A DNA stretch of 64,000 bases from a virus (taxonomy: Duplodnaviria; Caudoviricetes): the IMG/VR virus record IMGVR_UViG_3300033076_001341, positions 32,001-96,000 of that record; one strand, 5' to 3'. Position 1 is the first letter of the stretch; every line of letters begins with the position of its first letter. Shown here piece after piece: positions 18,401 to 27,671 of this stretch. Under the pieces are notes generated by a model. That model had not been told where the DNA came from. It worked only from the letters and a program-made list of their open reading frames with translations, and ran no database searches. The position numbers and the translations under genes were made by a program.

Positions 18401-19165
18401 CGCAACAAAGTCTACTCACAGATCCTTAAGTCCCAAGGTAACTATGCAGACTGGACCTCTACGCACATCAGCTCTACGCAGTTCGGGGTTATGATGGAGT
18501 ACTTTAAGAAGTACTTCGTGCACATGGCGCTTCGTCGCTTTGGTAAACACCAGGAAGACTTTGAAGGCATGAAGTATGCCGCTGGCTGGTACCGCATTCT
18601 CTTTGACATGTTCCGTCGCTACGGATTTAAGGAAGGTGTTAAAGCAATGATTCCAGGAGCAAACAAAAGTGAGGTCAACGAATACTACCGCACCGGTTCT
18701 ATGCAGGCAGCTCGTGAGATGCTTACCGGTATGGTAATGATGATGCTCTACGGATATCTCCGAGGACTTGCCTACAGCGATGACGATGATGATAAAGAAC
18801 TCAACTGGATGCAGATGCAGATCATGCGTACGTTCGCCAAGGTGATTTCAGAATCCCGTTCGATGATCCCTGTTCCATACATTGGTAACGTGGATACATA
18901 CATTGACTCGTTCTCTAACTTTACGTCGGTGTTCCGGGAGGCAAAGACTGCCTGGAAGCTTATTGAGAACAGCATGTCGCTGCTTGGATATGAGATCTTT
19001 GGTGATGCCTTCGAGGAAGCAGCCTTTTACCAGAAAGCATACGGTATGTATGAAGCAGGTGATGCAAAGGCACTGAAAAACTTCCATGACCTGGTTGGTT
19101 ACGACAACATCGTTGGAATCTTTGATCCGCAGTACAAGTTGAAAGAACAGTACCGGAACAAATAA
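12410..19165 (+). CDS. Giant virion/ejection protein with a PD-(D/E)xK nuclease domain and a degenerate zincin-like motif
   Basis: 2251 aa; GTFVHNMLE...GRIDFMAVDKKGRVTVYDLKT...YDAQLSVY (nt ~13900-14410); MEEVLH in place of HExxH (nt ~13154); long helical coiled-coil regions; adjacent to the RNAP gene as in crAss-like phages. Confidence 0.75.
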   Translation: MACSIIRNKSGEIKTVLASNGKDSILYKEILQLPTIAGDKETALRMWAIAYTPEFKTRHGDWEQAKSTINLDANGEPVVGYVGAFANLAAVNYSLNAETVTYDKEKQRLEQQFKLRFGASNTDSQRKAMDMVRQINAVALTGEASLYTFTDTQGKPMYMIHFTEVSYDQMKDINGFDTSDSSYRAEKEQVQQVLDRLMKSVPGVKAQWIHPTELQAADHPNKNLRSINAYVKGDTVYLVEGRVTPDIAMEEVLHFVVEMLKVDRPALAMRLFNQAKAAVPALWNEIETTYTDERGFTAANRKSELITRMLQKEYRNEIETNPAREFAEMRTVLGNIFKWLTDLLNKVFVDKAYGDTAVVDLRELPLNTTFNELAVILNTRNVVIEAFSIDDVLYNLEEAENEDLEKELPVPGEEEKRGDAVWKKKILERQLERVDKQLDYLALAEKNYRPNPAQKLTLGKLRTQLEEYKQILINTPNKTRRVSRVIGQTDVTGAENYANFGTFVHNMLEELQVRSLETKQAPIVLFEREDFDIRYRETMDNPKTAFEFKGMTQEDVYKMTKEIIGFLGDVYAQGQILIPEMTMISKDPLRGAIVGRIDFMAVDKKGRVTVYDLKTARINAGDLPHNKLNKEFKKETFLPGVTPEFGMLKMRSKFMDYDAQLSVYERMMKQAGIEVNERIILSLIYANKNKSVVASGKEFEFASARVHRYSEFDYAYRTEYEYDQEGNVTGEFRVLRREFMRIREAAKDAVPIEGETFEEYNQDQMREGVNYFGVFNDQTLDEFVDMMVEGIDDQLAQLRNELKKSDAYFSDPKVKEYYQDRSKQLYQIKEEMLKANDEEKLALAKGIKLSAAVASLNLSAKQIEEEAARLEGLNLSLEERLKRLSQIKNEAEHLDEVLGVIQEVGERTKLASTDPLMQVLSSSRSALKSAISKYRKQGEEIMIEVIKESVPEELISEIYKDRGEYLQGVVRGLEREIAELENPEWRPPVWQLHKRFAYKPEDINQIRQEKLAEKKKELATAIADQSKKTLSEKDIQDYVHALTNNKDAALYIGSNTSTTRIGFGLGDLISNSTNPELIVFAVFNKLRNLTNDAQNNAMNNFYEMDFDGKVKSFVSRKGGESAANAVLRERRTVTYFNEDGTTYTKDHYSFKNPVTQEYFDYIDQQRRLISDKRKLLRDLRKQRNADPSNTEIKDQVEALDAELNNDVATYNQWLKENTEREFVDDYYELSVSLPANVQNELNEIDDEISRVRSTKVGAEELLTELELEKIDELELKKNKLFQDAIKADPEYQEKMQRYRELKTYDENWGLYNKFRAEKMAAYGANSEEFKRWEKLNKFRRPSEKYYKEIERIYSRINKIMGEQDEELNMLMGERAKIRRKYKLNGTFFSGNMDAADIEAYDKLEAKIEAIREKAAMEQEEFGEEGGLSLEVRKQLAPLYDRLSKLRSKKNTESYTNELNKRVNELEVAGNILRSYESMMDQDGTSSFKNEKDLEEKYHAAEQNYNTIEDQFEQWYNKNHANTYTVGTFRNGEALDPKPKTFHYEFVPREDLADEYFEEVLHRRYRLSRPTEAAKNDKFQLTPEGYPVPKGLQLKDNRWEISGSNPYISNDFIELTQNQQDYDFYNWLVMDNYIARQDGTAGRKLGFLFPGVQMNKIDNVKQFGMMQGIRREIEETTAEVTLGKNKSDIDLASNEYNTTGRMRVRFKYNFPMEADITTTNGITAVGMWMVEREINHEMGKADVAFSAIIDAMEAMRDHVHDTNKLNQLNKAIELVTFERDKFIYGKRMKGDDGDVNKMKALRMFMKAVSFGRLGFDFAAQTGNMLSGNVQTFLNAQDGDYTLSNLATAKKQTYNILMNMVRDYGKVSDVSFETKFVRFMNPSQKELSELIDLNTKTQLDRFLTKSMDLGNLSYMLQDKGEMEIAITTMTAVLDHHKFKVFDLDSSGNKQYDANGEVLYKMKDGEVELATGWTAFTEDASGRIVSRPDVDITEQQVKMLRNKVYSQILKSQGNYADWTSTHISSTQFGVMMEYFKKYFVHMALRRFGKHQEDFEGMKYAAGWYRILFDMFRRYGFKEGVKAMIPGANKSEVNEYYRTGSMQAAREMLTGMVMMMLYGYLRGLAYSDDDDDKELNWMQMQIMRTFAKVISESRSMIPVPYIGNVDTYIDSFSNFTSVFREAKTAWKLIENSMSLLGYEIFGDAFEEAAFYQKAYGMYEAGDAKALKNFHDLVGYDNIVGIFDPQYKLKEQYRNK

Positions 19166-19186
19166 GGATTTCTGAATTCTTTATGT

Positions 19187-19226
19187 TATATTATATATAG
19201 GGGTGTTCTCTACAGTCACCCCTATA
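19187..19226 (+). promoter_or_regulatory. Putative late-gene promoter motif TATATTATATATAG overlapping a 10-bp hairpin
   Basis: Identical 14-mer at 34779; stem TATAGGGGTG/CACCCCTATA; immediately precedes the tail gene cluster. Confidence 0.45.
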
Positions 19227-19239
19227 TCCGTAGTCTACC

Positions 19240-22200
19240 ATGTCTGGCAAATTCATAGTTCCAATTCAGCTACCGCTTTTATTTGTAAAGCCGGATACCA
19301 ATCCTGCGGAAGGATACTTTAAAGTCTATTTCCGAAACGGTAAGCTCAAGAAACTTGACCACCTTGGCGTGGAAGAAGACATTGAGATGGACCTGGTAGA
19401 ATCCGATCCTATATTCTCTGCCTCCCCTGCAGCATCTATTACAACGACCAACATTGCGCAATGGAATGCAGCGTTCAACTGGGGCGATCATGCTGATGTC
19501 GGGTATGTTACTCTTGACACGGTGCAGGAGATATCTGCATCGAAAACATTTCTGCAAGGACTCACGGTCCGCAACACCTTTACGGTTGCACCAAGTGTCT
19601 TAGAAAACAACTTTGTTGAAGCAGGCAACGACCGCTGGTTTAGAATTCACCATGCGACGACAGACTGGGTAAATTCCCATCTGTTTCGTGCAGTAGAAGG
19701 ATTTAACCGGGTGGATCATTACGGCGCATTTAACGGTACGTACAACACCGGTCACCAATATAATTTTTATGACTCCGGGGATCTTTCTACAACTGCAGGT
19801 CTTTGGAACATTAGTTTCTTCAAAGGAAACACCGGGATCACCAACCGTCCGCTGATCACTATTAATAACGGACAGGGTGCCGGCGTTTTCAATACTCCGT
19901 TGCTGAAGATGTTTGCCAACGGCAACTTGACCCTTGGAATCTCTACAGATGTCGGCTACAAGTTTGCTGTCAACGGAAGCATCCGGGCGACGTCTTATGT
20001 CGTTACTGGCGGCACCTCGTCTCAGTTCTTAAAGGCGGACGGTACACTGGACTCAAATACTTACCTGACAACAGGTAGCGCCAGTGGAGCGTATGTATCA
20101 CTGAGCGGTTCGTATGCTAATCCTTCCTGGATTACTGCACTTGCCTGGACAAAGATTACAGGAGCACCTGCATTTTTAACGGCAGAAACTGATACGCTAA
20201 GCTCAGTAACTGCTCGGGGTGCAACCACGGCTACCACGATTGTTTATACAGGTACTGCTGAAGCAATCCGACCCAATACAGATTCTATCGGTGTACTCGG
20301 TGCGTCTAACTTTAGATGGGCAACTGTTTACACAAGGGGACTTAGTGCTGGTGCAAACACTTTAGATCTTGCAGGTCCGGCTATCAACCTGAATGATGCT
20401 TCTGGAAACATAAAACTCAAACTCTTCGGTTCTACGGGTAACGTAGTTATTCAGAATGGTGGCACGTTTACTGATGGTGGATTCAGACTAGATGTAAATG
20501 GTACAACTCGCATACAAGGAGATATCACATTAAACGTAATCTCTGCATTGTTAAAAACAAGTGCAGCTGGTTTAGTGTCCGCAGCTGTTGCAGGTACAGA
20601 TTATGTTGTACCTGGAACCCTTAGCTCTTATGTACCAACAACTCGTACATTGACAATCAACGGTACAACCTTTGATTTAAGTGCAAACAGAAGCTGGACA
20701 ATTGCTACTTCGACCTTAGACGCGGTTACTGCCGCAGGAAACACTACTACTAATGCGATTACTGTAGGTGGAGTAAGTTCAACTGCTGACTATGCTTTAA
20801 GAGCAGATAATGCACTGGCAAACGTAAGACTAGGTAGATTCAAGTTTATTCGTTCTTCGTATGATCCAACAGGTGTAGCAGCGTCTATTGATTTCTGGAG
20901 AGGACCAGGCGCCAATGAAGGTGTTCTTGCCTTCTCCACCAACCCAGGAACAGCAGGAGATAACGCAGCAGAAAGAATGCGTATTACCACAGGAGGTAAT
21001 ATACTCATTGGTACAACTACGGATTCGGGTTACAAATTAGATGTAGCAGGAAACACAAGAGTTTTCGGAGGTAATACAAGTGCAGATGTTCCATTCATCA
21101 TTAACAGCCGTTTTCAGTTTAGAGGTGATGGTGTACTTAGTTATGGAAATAGTGCCAATCACGGCAGATTGACTTGGGGTGCAAGTGGTGTATACTTCCA
21201 CGCATTATCTGGATATGGTGTTGGTATTGGAGCAAACGGAACCTTAGATCATCTGTTTATAAATACAGCTGGAAGAGTAGGTATAGGTACTACTACTGCA
21301 TCTGATTTGTTAGATGTACAGGGTGTTATACGATTCAGTTCTTCGGCAAACCCATCAGTAAACGGTTATGCTAGAATATATACTAGTTATAATTATGCAA
21401 AAGGAGAAGTTTACATTGAACCAGAAGGTAGTACTAACCCGACAAGGTTCTGTCCTAATGGTGGTGTAGTTATAGGTACTACTACCCAGCAACCTCCAAC
21501 AAACGGATTAATTGTATCAGGAAACGTAGGCATCGGTACTATAAGTCCAACATCTAGACTTCATGTTTCTGGTGGGAGAATTGAGATAGATAACGGGTTC
21601 AATCTGGAGTCTAGAACAACTACAGGAACTGCTTTAACAAATCTCATTGGTATGTCCACTAACGCCATAAATGTTGGCGTTTGGGAAGGAAACTACATGG
21701 CTGACCTGTTTCTGAAGGGAGGTAATGGATCTGTTTTTGCTGATTTCTCTCAAGGTAACAGTAAGTTTTTTGCTGTTCGGGGAGTCGCTTCAGCTACACC
21801 GACTGAGTACATGCGTGTCAATCACCTGGGGAATGTTCTTATAGGAACAACTACCGATTCCGGTTTTAAGTTTGATGTCAATGGTACGGGACGTTTCTCA
21901 GGAGCATTGACAGCTGCAAGCACCTTGGCGGTAACAGGAGGTGTGACATTTTCAAGTTCCAGCTTCCGGGTATCACCGAATGAATTCAGAGGCGTTGTGT
22001 CCATTCCAAATACACTGGACGCTACCAACAATACAGCATACATTAACATTGGAACGTTTAGCGACAGCTTTACGCACATTGTCGTGGAAGTCGAAATTGT
22101 TCCATGGTTACTTAATACCAGTAACATCGGAAGTTATTCTAAGACTTATGTGATTAGAATGACAAGCGCTGCCCCTGGAGTAGCGGATGTTTATGACAGC

Positions 22201-24330
22201 CGCGTTACAAAAGACATTGGACCAACCGGTGCAAAGTATCAATTGGGTACTGCTATTGCCAATGCAAGTGTACTGCAGATCCCGGTTCATTATATTGGTA
22301 CAGGTACTGGAAACCAGCTGACGGTAATAGTTCGGGTTACAGGAAACGTTACCGGAAATATAGACAAGGTGTCTCTTTCTACTACAGCTCCTGCAGCGGT
22401 CATTGCCGGTACACAAGAGTATGTAGGATTCAGAAACAGAATTGGTGTAAACAACACTGCTCCTACTGAAGCATTGCATGTTACAGGAAGAGGACGATTT
22501 GAAACGATTGACAACGGTGTTGGTGATTTTATAACCAGGACTGCTGCAGGGGTGCTTACCCGTAGAACCGCTGCAGAGACATTATCTGATATCGGTGCGG
22601 CACCATCTTCAGGAAGTGCTAACTATATCCAGAACCAAACTGCCGCTGCTCAGACTGCCAGCTACAGAATATCAGGTACTGCTACAGCGCTTAGTTTCCA
22701 GATTGGAAACTACAACTCAACTACTAGTTTTGGTTCAGCGCTTGACAGTACCGGTTCATTAGTTTTCTCATTACCTACTACGTTTACTGGTGGGTTTGCC
22801 AGAGGTCTGTTTTTTAATACGGCGGTTTCCGCTGTTCAACAGGCATCTATTGGAATTCATGGTACCAATACCACTGCTGAGCGTCTTTACTTTGGATTTG
22901 GAACAGCTCCCTGGACGGGTACTACAAGTCTGGTCATTCTTCCTTCTGGAAATGTCGGCATTGGAACCACAAGTCCTGGAGCAAAACTTCATGTTTTTGG
23001 AACGGATGAACTTTTAAAGTTCGGTGATGGTACTTCAGGGAATAATGCTTTTATGTCGTTTAACGACAGAGGGTACATAGGATTTAATGGATCTGCGGGT
23101 TTGAATTTTATTGCAAACTCTACACGACCAATTGTGTTTGGAACTGGAGGCACGTTTTCAACCTACACTGAGTGGGCAAGATTTGCAACAACTACGGGCA
23201 ACTTCCTTGTAGGCACAAATACTGATGCAGGATACAAGTTAGATGTTAATGGGACTCTTCGCACTACAAATGTCGCTACCCTGGGTGGAATTGTTGCTTC
23301 AAAATCTTCGTTGGCAGACGATGTCATTCGCATCACTCAGAATACAATGGGTGCAGCGGCTTATCTCTACAGTACAGGTAATGGAGCACTCGGATGGATC
23401 GGAGAAAACGCTTCAGCTGAAAAACGATTTAGGATTTACTCTGATGGCACAGATATCGGTGGGAAGAATCTTTACTTCCAAATCTATGACAACACTGGTA
23501 CAAATCCTGTAACAGTATTGTCACTTAGGCGTGACAGAGTAAGCATAACCGGAGAGTTGTTTCATTACGCAGCACTTAGTGCATCGGGTGGAATTAGTCA
23601 GGGTGCACGTTTTTATTCAAATCATACTGCAACTGCAAACAATGATTTGTTGGTGGGTGTTGATATTTACCCATCGTTTAACAACGCTGGATTTAGTTCA
23701 GTAACCGCGCTGCCTATGCGTGTTCGCGGACTAATGACTGAACTGGCACGCTTTGAAAGTTACATGGCGTACGCACCAGCTAGGATTGGAGTAACTACAC
23801 AGATTGGAGCTAACTACACAGTCGTAGAATCTTCTCCCGACAGAGGATCAGCATTCGGAAGCATCACTGAAACCATCGTCTCTTTTATTGTCAACGATCA
23901 GACACGCATGCGGATCTTCCAAAGCGGTAATGTGCGTATTCAAAACGGGGGAACTTTCACTGATAACGGATATCCGTTTTCTGTGGAGGGAAATTCTTTC
24001 TTTAATGGAACTGTAGAAGTCACTGGTACGATTTACGCTGATTCTATTTATTTGGCAGCGGCTGTTAATACTTCTGTAGTCAATGCGTCCAATATCTATA
24101 CTTCTGCGATTTCTACATCGTCAATCTATGTTGCCAACGTTGTTGAGACCAACAGTGTGACGGCAAACGTTGTAAACACCGATGTGGTGAATAGCAATGT
24201 TACAAACGCAAACAGTGTTGTGATTAACGGCGGAACTTCTAATCAGTTCATGAAAGCTGACGGAACACTGGATAACACCTCATACGCGACAAGCAATCTA
24301 AGCATCGCTTACGCTATAGCACTCGGATAA
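19240..24330 (+). CDS. Long tail fibre / receptor-binding protein
   Basis: 1696 aa, Gly/Thr/Ser/Asn-rich; repeated GNVGIGTTxP and GNxLIGTTTDxGYKLDVxG modules; GGTSSQFLKADG; ends SIAYAIALG. Confidence 0.75.
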   Translation: MSGKFIVPIQLPLLFVKPDTNPAEGYFKVYFRNGKLKKLDHLGVEEDIEMDLVESDPIFSASPAASITTTNIAQWNAAFNWGDHADVGYVTLDTVQEISASKTFLQGLTVRNTFTVAPSVLENNFVEAGNDRWFRIHHATTDWVNSHLFRAVEGFNRVDHYGAFNGTYNTGHQYNFYDSGDLSTTAGLWNISFFKGNTGITNRPLITINNGQGAGVFNTPLLKMFANGNLTLGISTDVGYKFAVNGSIRATSYVVTGGTSSQFLKADGTLDSNTYLTTGSASGAYVSLSGSYANPSWITALAWTKITGAPAFLTAETDTLSSVTARGATTATTIVYTGTAEAIRPNTDSIGVLGASNFRWATVYTRGLSAGANTLDLAGPAINLNDASGNIKLKLFGSTGNVVIQNGGTFTDGGFRLDVNGTTRIQGDITLNVISALLKTSAAGLVSAAVAGTDYVVPGTLSSYVPTTRTLTINGTTFDLSANRSWTIATSTLDAVTAAGNTTTNAITVGGVSSTADYALRADNALANVRLGRFKFIRSSYDPTGVAASIDFWRGPGANEGVLAFSTNPGTAGDNAAERMRITTGGNILIGTTTDSGYKLDVAGNTRVFGGNTSADVPFIINSRFQFRGDGVLSYGNSANHGRLTWGASGVYFHALSGYGVGIGANGTLDHLFINTAGRVGIGTTTASDLLDVQGVIRFSSSANPSVNGYARIYTSYNYAKGEVYIEPEGSTNPTRFCPNGGVVIGTTTQQPPTNGLIVSGNVGIGTISPTSRLHVSGGRIEIDNGFNLESRTTTGTALTNLIGMSTNAINVGVWEGNYMADLFLKGGNGSVFADFSQGNSKFFAVRGVASATPTEYMRVNHLGNVLIGTTTDSGFKFDVNGTGRFSGALTAASTLAVTGGVTFSSSSFRVSPNEFRGVVSIPNTLDATNNTAYINIGTFSDSFTHIVVEVEIVPWLLNTSNIGSYSKTYVIRMTSAAPGVADVYDSRVTKDIGPTGAKYQLGTAIANASVLQIPVHYIGTGTGNQLTVIVRVTGNVTGNIDKVSLSTTAPAAVIAGTQEYVGFRNRIGVNNTAPTEALHVTGRGRFETIDNGVGDFITRTAAGVLTRRTAAETLSDIGAAPSSGSANYIQNQTAAAQTASYRISGTATALSFQIGNYNSTTSFGSALDSTGSLVFSLPTTFTGGFARGLFFNTAVSAVQQASIGIHGTNTTAERLYFGFGTAPWTGTTSLVILPSGNVGIGTTSPGAKLHVFGTDELLKFGDGTSGNNAFMSFNDRGYIGFNGSAGLNFIANSTRPIVFGTGGTFSTYTEWARFATTTGNFLVGTNTDAGYKLDVNGTLRTTNVATLGGIVASKSSLADDVIRITQNTMGAAAYLYSTGNGALGWIGENASAEKRFRIYSDGTDIGGKNLYFQIYDNTGTNPVTVLSLRRDRVSITGELFHYAALSASGGISQGARFYSNHTATANNDLLVGVDIYPSFNNAGFSSVTALPMRVRGLMTELARFESYMAYAPARIGVTTQIGANYTVVESSPDRGSAFGSITETIVSFIVNDQTRMRIFQSGNVRIQNGGTFTDNGYPFSVEGNSFFNGTVEVTGTIYADSIYLAAAVNTSVVNASNIYTSAISTSSIYVANVVETNSVTANVVNTDVVNSNVTNANSVVINGGTSNQFMKADGTLDNTSYATSNLSIAYAIALG

Positions 24331-24331
24331 T

Positions 24332-24832
24332 ATGAAAATTCAAATAAGAAATTACGGGTTCGACCCAATCGCAAAAACAGTTACGTTTAAAGACTACACT
24401 AGTGTGTCTTTAGACTCTGTACTGTTGGTAGTCAATGTCACTACCAACACAATCATCTACAACTTTGCCAACCCTGCAACAGGAGGAACCATCAGTGGAA
24501 ACGTGCTCACACTGCCGGCAATAGATGAACTCACCATGGCAAGCACTGACAAGCTGTTGATCTACTACGATGTAGACAGTACACCTGCTAGTGATGAGTC
24601 GGTCCTGCTTCTTCGACGACTGGTACAGATCCTTGCACCTATTGCAACACAGGATATCAACCAACGTCAAAGGGTGACCGTAGATGGTATGACAGCCGGT
24701 ATGACTTTAACGACTGTTACTACTGTTGGTAACATCGGCGGATTGGGTGGTGTTGATCCAAGATATCAACTCATGGATGCGGCAAGAAACATGTACGCAA
24801 ACGGAATCAGACAAAATTTAATATTCTCATAA
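24332..24832 (+). CDS. Putative tail/fibre-associated structural protein
   Basis: 166 aa, tightly coupled between fibre genes, beta-rich N-terminus. Confidence 0.55.
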   Translation: MKIQIRNYGFDPIAKTVTFKDYTSVSLDSVLLVVNVTTNTIIYNFANPATGGTISGNVLTLPAIDELTMASTDKLLIYYDVDSTPASDESVLLLRRLVQILAPIATQDINQRQRVTVDGMTAGMTLTTVTTVGNIGGLGGVDPRYQLMDAARNMYANGIRQNLIFS

Positions 24833-24833
24833 G

Positions 24834-27650
24834 ATGCCTTTACAAAACAACATAAAACCAATCGTAGATCAACCTGTTTGGGAATGGGGAAGATTTGCTC
24901 CTTTAGCCAGTACTGCAACAAGCGCCTGGACAACCTCTGAAGATGGACTGGACGAGTACATTTATTACATGAACGGTGCTTCGTTCTTTAGGTATTCTGT
25001 AAAAACAGATACCTGGATTCAGTTGCAAAGTTACCTGTACACACCCGCTACTACCATAACGTTGAGATACTCTAAGTTTGGAGGTCAGCGCGGTCGAATC
25101 ATCAGTGCAGTGAACGCCTCTACTTACAAGATTCCATTCTTTAAGCAGGGAACTGCCATGGTAGGTAAGACCTTCCGTGTAACCGCTGGTCCAGGAGCAG
25201 GACAAGAGAGAACGATTACCGCAGTGGGCGATGAATTGATCGAAGACTTCGGTGTAGCAACTGCGGGTACTACTGTACAAATCAGTGACAGTAACAAGAA
25301 GTGGAAGATTAACCAATGGGTGGGATATACAGTTCGTGTCTCTTTTGGTACAAACGTAACGCAGCAGCGTACCGTTATTTATAATAACGATACAACTCTC
25401 TATTTCCAGGACTCCAACTTACAGCTTCATGAACCCTTCGATAACCAAGGTTTTCTGGCAGCTCCAACACTGGCAGGTGCTGCAGCAGCTACTCACTATG
25501 TAATCGTTTCTCAAACCATCACGCTTAATTCACCATTGAGTCCTGCTTTGACTGACAAGTCCCGTTTCATGATCATGACGGGTGGTGTGTGGGCATTGAC
25601 TGGTCAGGCAGCTGCACCCTTTGCAGCACTTGCCTGGTATGATCTCTTAACAGATACCTGGATACCCAAGACAGTTCCCAATGGTTTGTTTACAGCTGCT
25701 TTAGGTACAGACTTCACGCTGGAACGTACAGGAGAAATTGCAGGTAGTTATGCTTCTGGAACAGTTAGTAGCGCTACACCCAGAACGATCATTGATACAA
25801 CCAAGTCTTTTACAGTAGACCGGTATAGAAATTACCAGATTCGTATTGTATCAGGTACAGGTGCCGGACAACGCCGACGCATCCAGGCAAACCAGGGTAC
25901 GCGAATTGAGATTAACCGTAAATGGGATATTACCCCTGATGCCACTTCTCAGTATCAAATATTTGCAAACACAGACAACATCTGGTTTGCTGGTAACGGT
26001 TTGAGTGCCATGTTCAAGTACCATGTTGAAATGGATAACTGGTTAACCGGGAACATGTTTGACTATGGTATCATGGCAAACATTACAGCAACGGTAGACG
26101 GATCACAACCCTTTGGTGTCAACTCAGGTGTTCGTAACACCGGTGGTGTGACAGCTGTGGCTGCAACACCTGTTGCTGCAGGATCAGGTTACAGAATTGG
26201 TGATGTAATTACATTAACTACTACGGGTTCGAACGGTAGAGTGACCGTTGAAAACGTTTCTTCAACTGGTCAGGTTTTATCTGTGTCTCTTCGTCGCTGT
26301 GGTTCTGGATATGCTACAGGTACTTCTGCTACAACAGGTGGTACGGGAACAGGTTGTACTATCAATATTACAACTGTGGGTGTTGTTGGATTTGTAACGA
26401 CCGCTGTTGCCAACTTCTTAAAGATTGGTGATACTGTGACTATTGCCGGCTGTACAGAAGCAGCATGGAACGGAAACTTTACGATTCTGGGTCTGGATCA
26501 ATCAACAAACACCACGTTTGATATTGCGATCACCGCTACTGCCAACATGGTGAACACATTGACCCTGTCTACGACACTCATAACTGATCCGACTGCTACC
26601 TGGGACGTCAACGAGCACGTTGGTCGATTGGTTGGAACATTTGCGGCTGGTCCTACAGGTGCTGTATCCTGGATGCGTATTGCCTCCAACACGGCTACTG
26701 CACTGACACTCGTTACAGCAACCGGTAACGTGGCTGTCGGTAACCGTTATGTCATTCAGGACTGTGCAGCGTTTGGTCGTGATTCACAATACCGCCAGAC
26801 CAACATGCAGCCTTTCGGATACTCCACTTCAGGTACTACCACGACACTGACCGATTCTACCAAAGCGTGGATACCTGGTGTGTGGGTCAACAACAAGGTG
26901 CGTATTGTTGCAGGTACCGGTCTTGGAAACGAAATGACCATCACTGCCAACGATGCAACGACACTTACCTATTCTGCTCCTGGATTTACCCCCGATACAA
27001 CTACCCGCTATGAGATCATGGATACGTTTGGTGTTGCAACCGGTGGTTCTACTACCACACTGGTTGACTCTACCAAGAACTGGATTGTAAACCAATGGTC
27101 AGGAAAGCGTTTCCGTTACCTGAGTTCAACTGGTCAGATGATTGAACAAACGGTGTTATCCAATACCGCCAACACGTTGACCTTCTCAGCTGGTACCGCT
27201 CCGGCAACTACCACTAACTACGTGATCTATTCAGTGCCGGTGCGAGGTGCTAGTATCGAACTGATCTGGACATTTGGAAACGGATACGACAAGTACCTGG
27301 TTAGTCCAAGAGGGTCGGGAGGTAACACGTTTGATATCTATGACATCACGACAGAGAAGTTTGACTTCGGTTTGATGTTGTCTCCGCAGTTTGAAACCTT
27401 TACCACAGGTACCATGTACGCCTACGATGGTGGAAAATACATCTACATCAACAAGGAATCTGTCAACAGGATTTATCGACTGAACCTGGACACCCGTGAA
27501 ATTGAAGCGTCCGGTACCATTCCTTATGGACACTCCACAGCATTTATTGGTAATCGTATGGAGATTATTAGTACTACAGACGGTCTGGAATATTTGTACC
27601 TGATGAGACACAACGCTCAGGAAGTATTTAGAACACTTATTTTCTGGTAA
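24834..27650 (+). CDS. Putative receptor-binding/tail protein with propeller-like ends and internal beta-rich repeats
   Basis: 938 aa; Kelch-like segments (YIYYMNGASFFRYSVKTDTWIQL; KYIYINKESVNRIYRLNL) flanking about 5-6 repeats of DSxKxWxxNxWxxxxVRIxxGTG. Confidence 0.6.
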   Translation: MPLQNNIKPIVDQPVWEWGRFAPLASTATSAWTTSEDGLDEYIYYMNGASFFRYSVKTDTWIQLQSYLYTPATTITLRYSKFGGQRGRIISAVNASTYKIPFFKQGTAMVGKTFRVTAGPGAGQERTITAVGDELIEDFGVATAGTTVQISDSNKKWKINQWVGYTVRVSFGTNVTQQRTVIYNNDTTLYFQDSNLQLHEPFDNQGFLAAPTLAGAAAATHYVIVSQTITLNSPLSPALTDKSRFMIMTGGVWALTGQAAAPFAALAWYDLLTDTWIPKTVPNGLFTAALGTDFTLERTGEIAGSYASGTVSSATPRTIIDTTKSFTVDRYRNYQIRIVSGTGAGQRRRIQANQGTRIEINRKWDITPDATSQYQIFANTDNIWFAGNGLSAMFKYHVEMDNWLTGNMFDYGIMANITATVDGSQPFGVNSGVRNTGGVTAVAATPVAAGSGYRIGDVITLTTTGSNGRVTVENVSSTGQVLSVSLRRCGSGYATGTSATTGGTGTGCTINITTVGVVGFVTTAVANFLKIGDTVTIAGCTEAAWNGNFTILGLDQSTNTTFDIAITATANMVNTLTLSTTLITDPTATWDVNEHVGRLVGTFAAGPTGAVSWMRIASNTATALTLVTATGNVAVGNRYVIQDCAAFGRDSQYRQTNMQPFGYSTSGTTTTLTDSTKAWIPGVWVNNKVRIVAGTGLGNEMTITANDATTLTYSAPGFTPDTTTRYEIMDTFGVATGGSTTTLVDSTKNWIVNQWSGKRFRYLSSTGQMIEQTVLSNTANTLTFSAGTAPATTTNYVIYSVPVRGASIELIWTFGNGYDKYLVSPRGSGGNTFDIYDITTEKFDFGLMLSPQFETFTTGTMYAYDGGKYIYINKESVNRIYRLNLDTREIEASGTIPYGHSTAFIGNRMEIISTTDGLEYLYLMRHNAQEVFRTLIFW

Positions 27651-27671
27651 TAGAAGGGAACCTCTCCGGGT

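Noticed and set aside
625-19165. Long antisense ORFs (e.g. 8347..9282, 16016..17092)
   Set aside because: Shadow frames of codon-biased giant genes; no recognisable motifs
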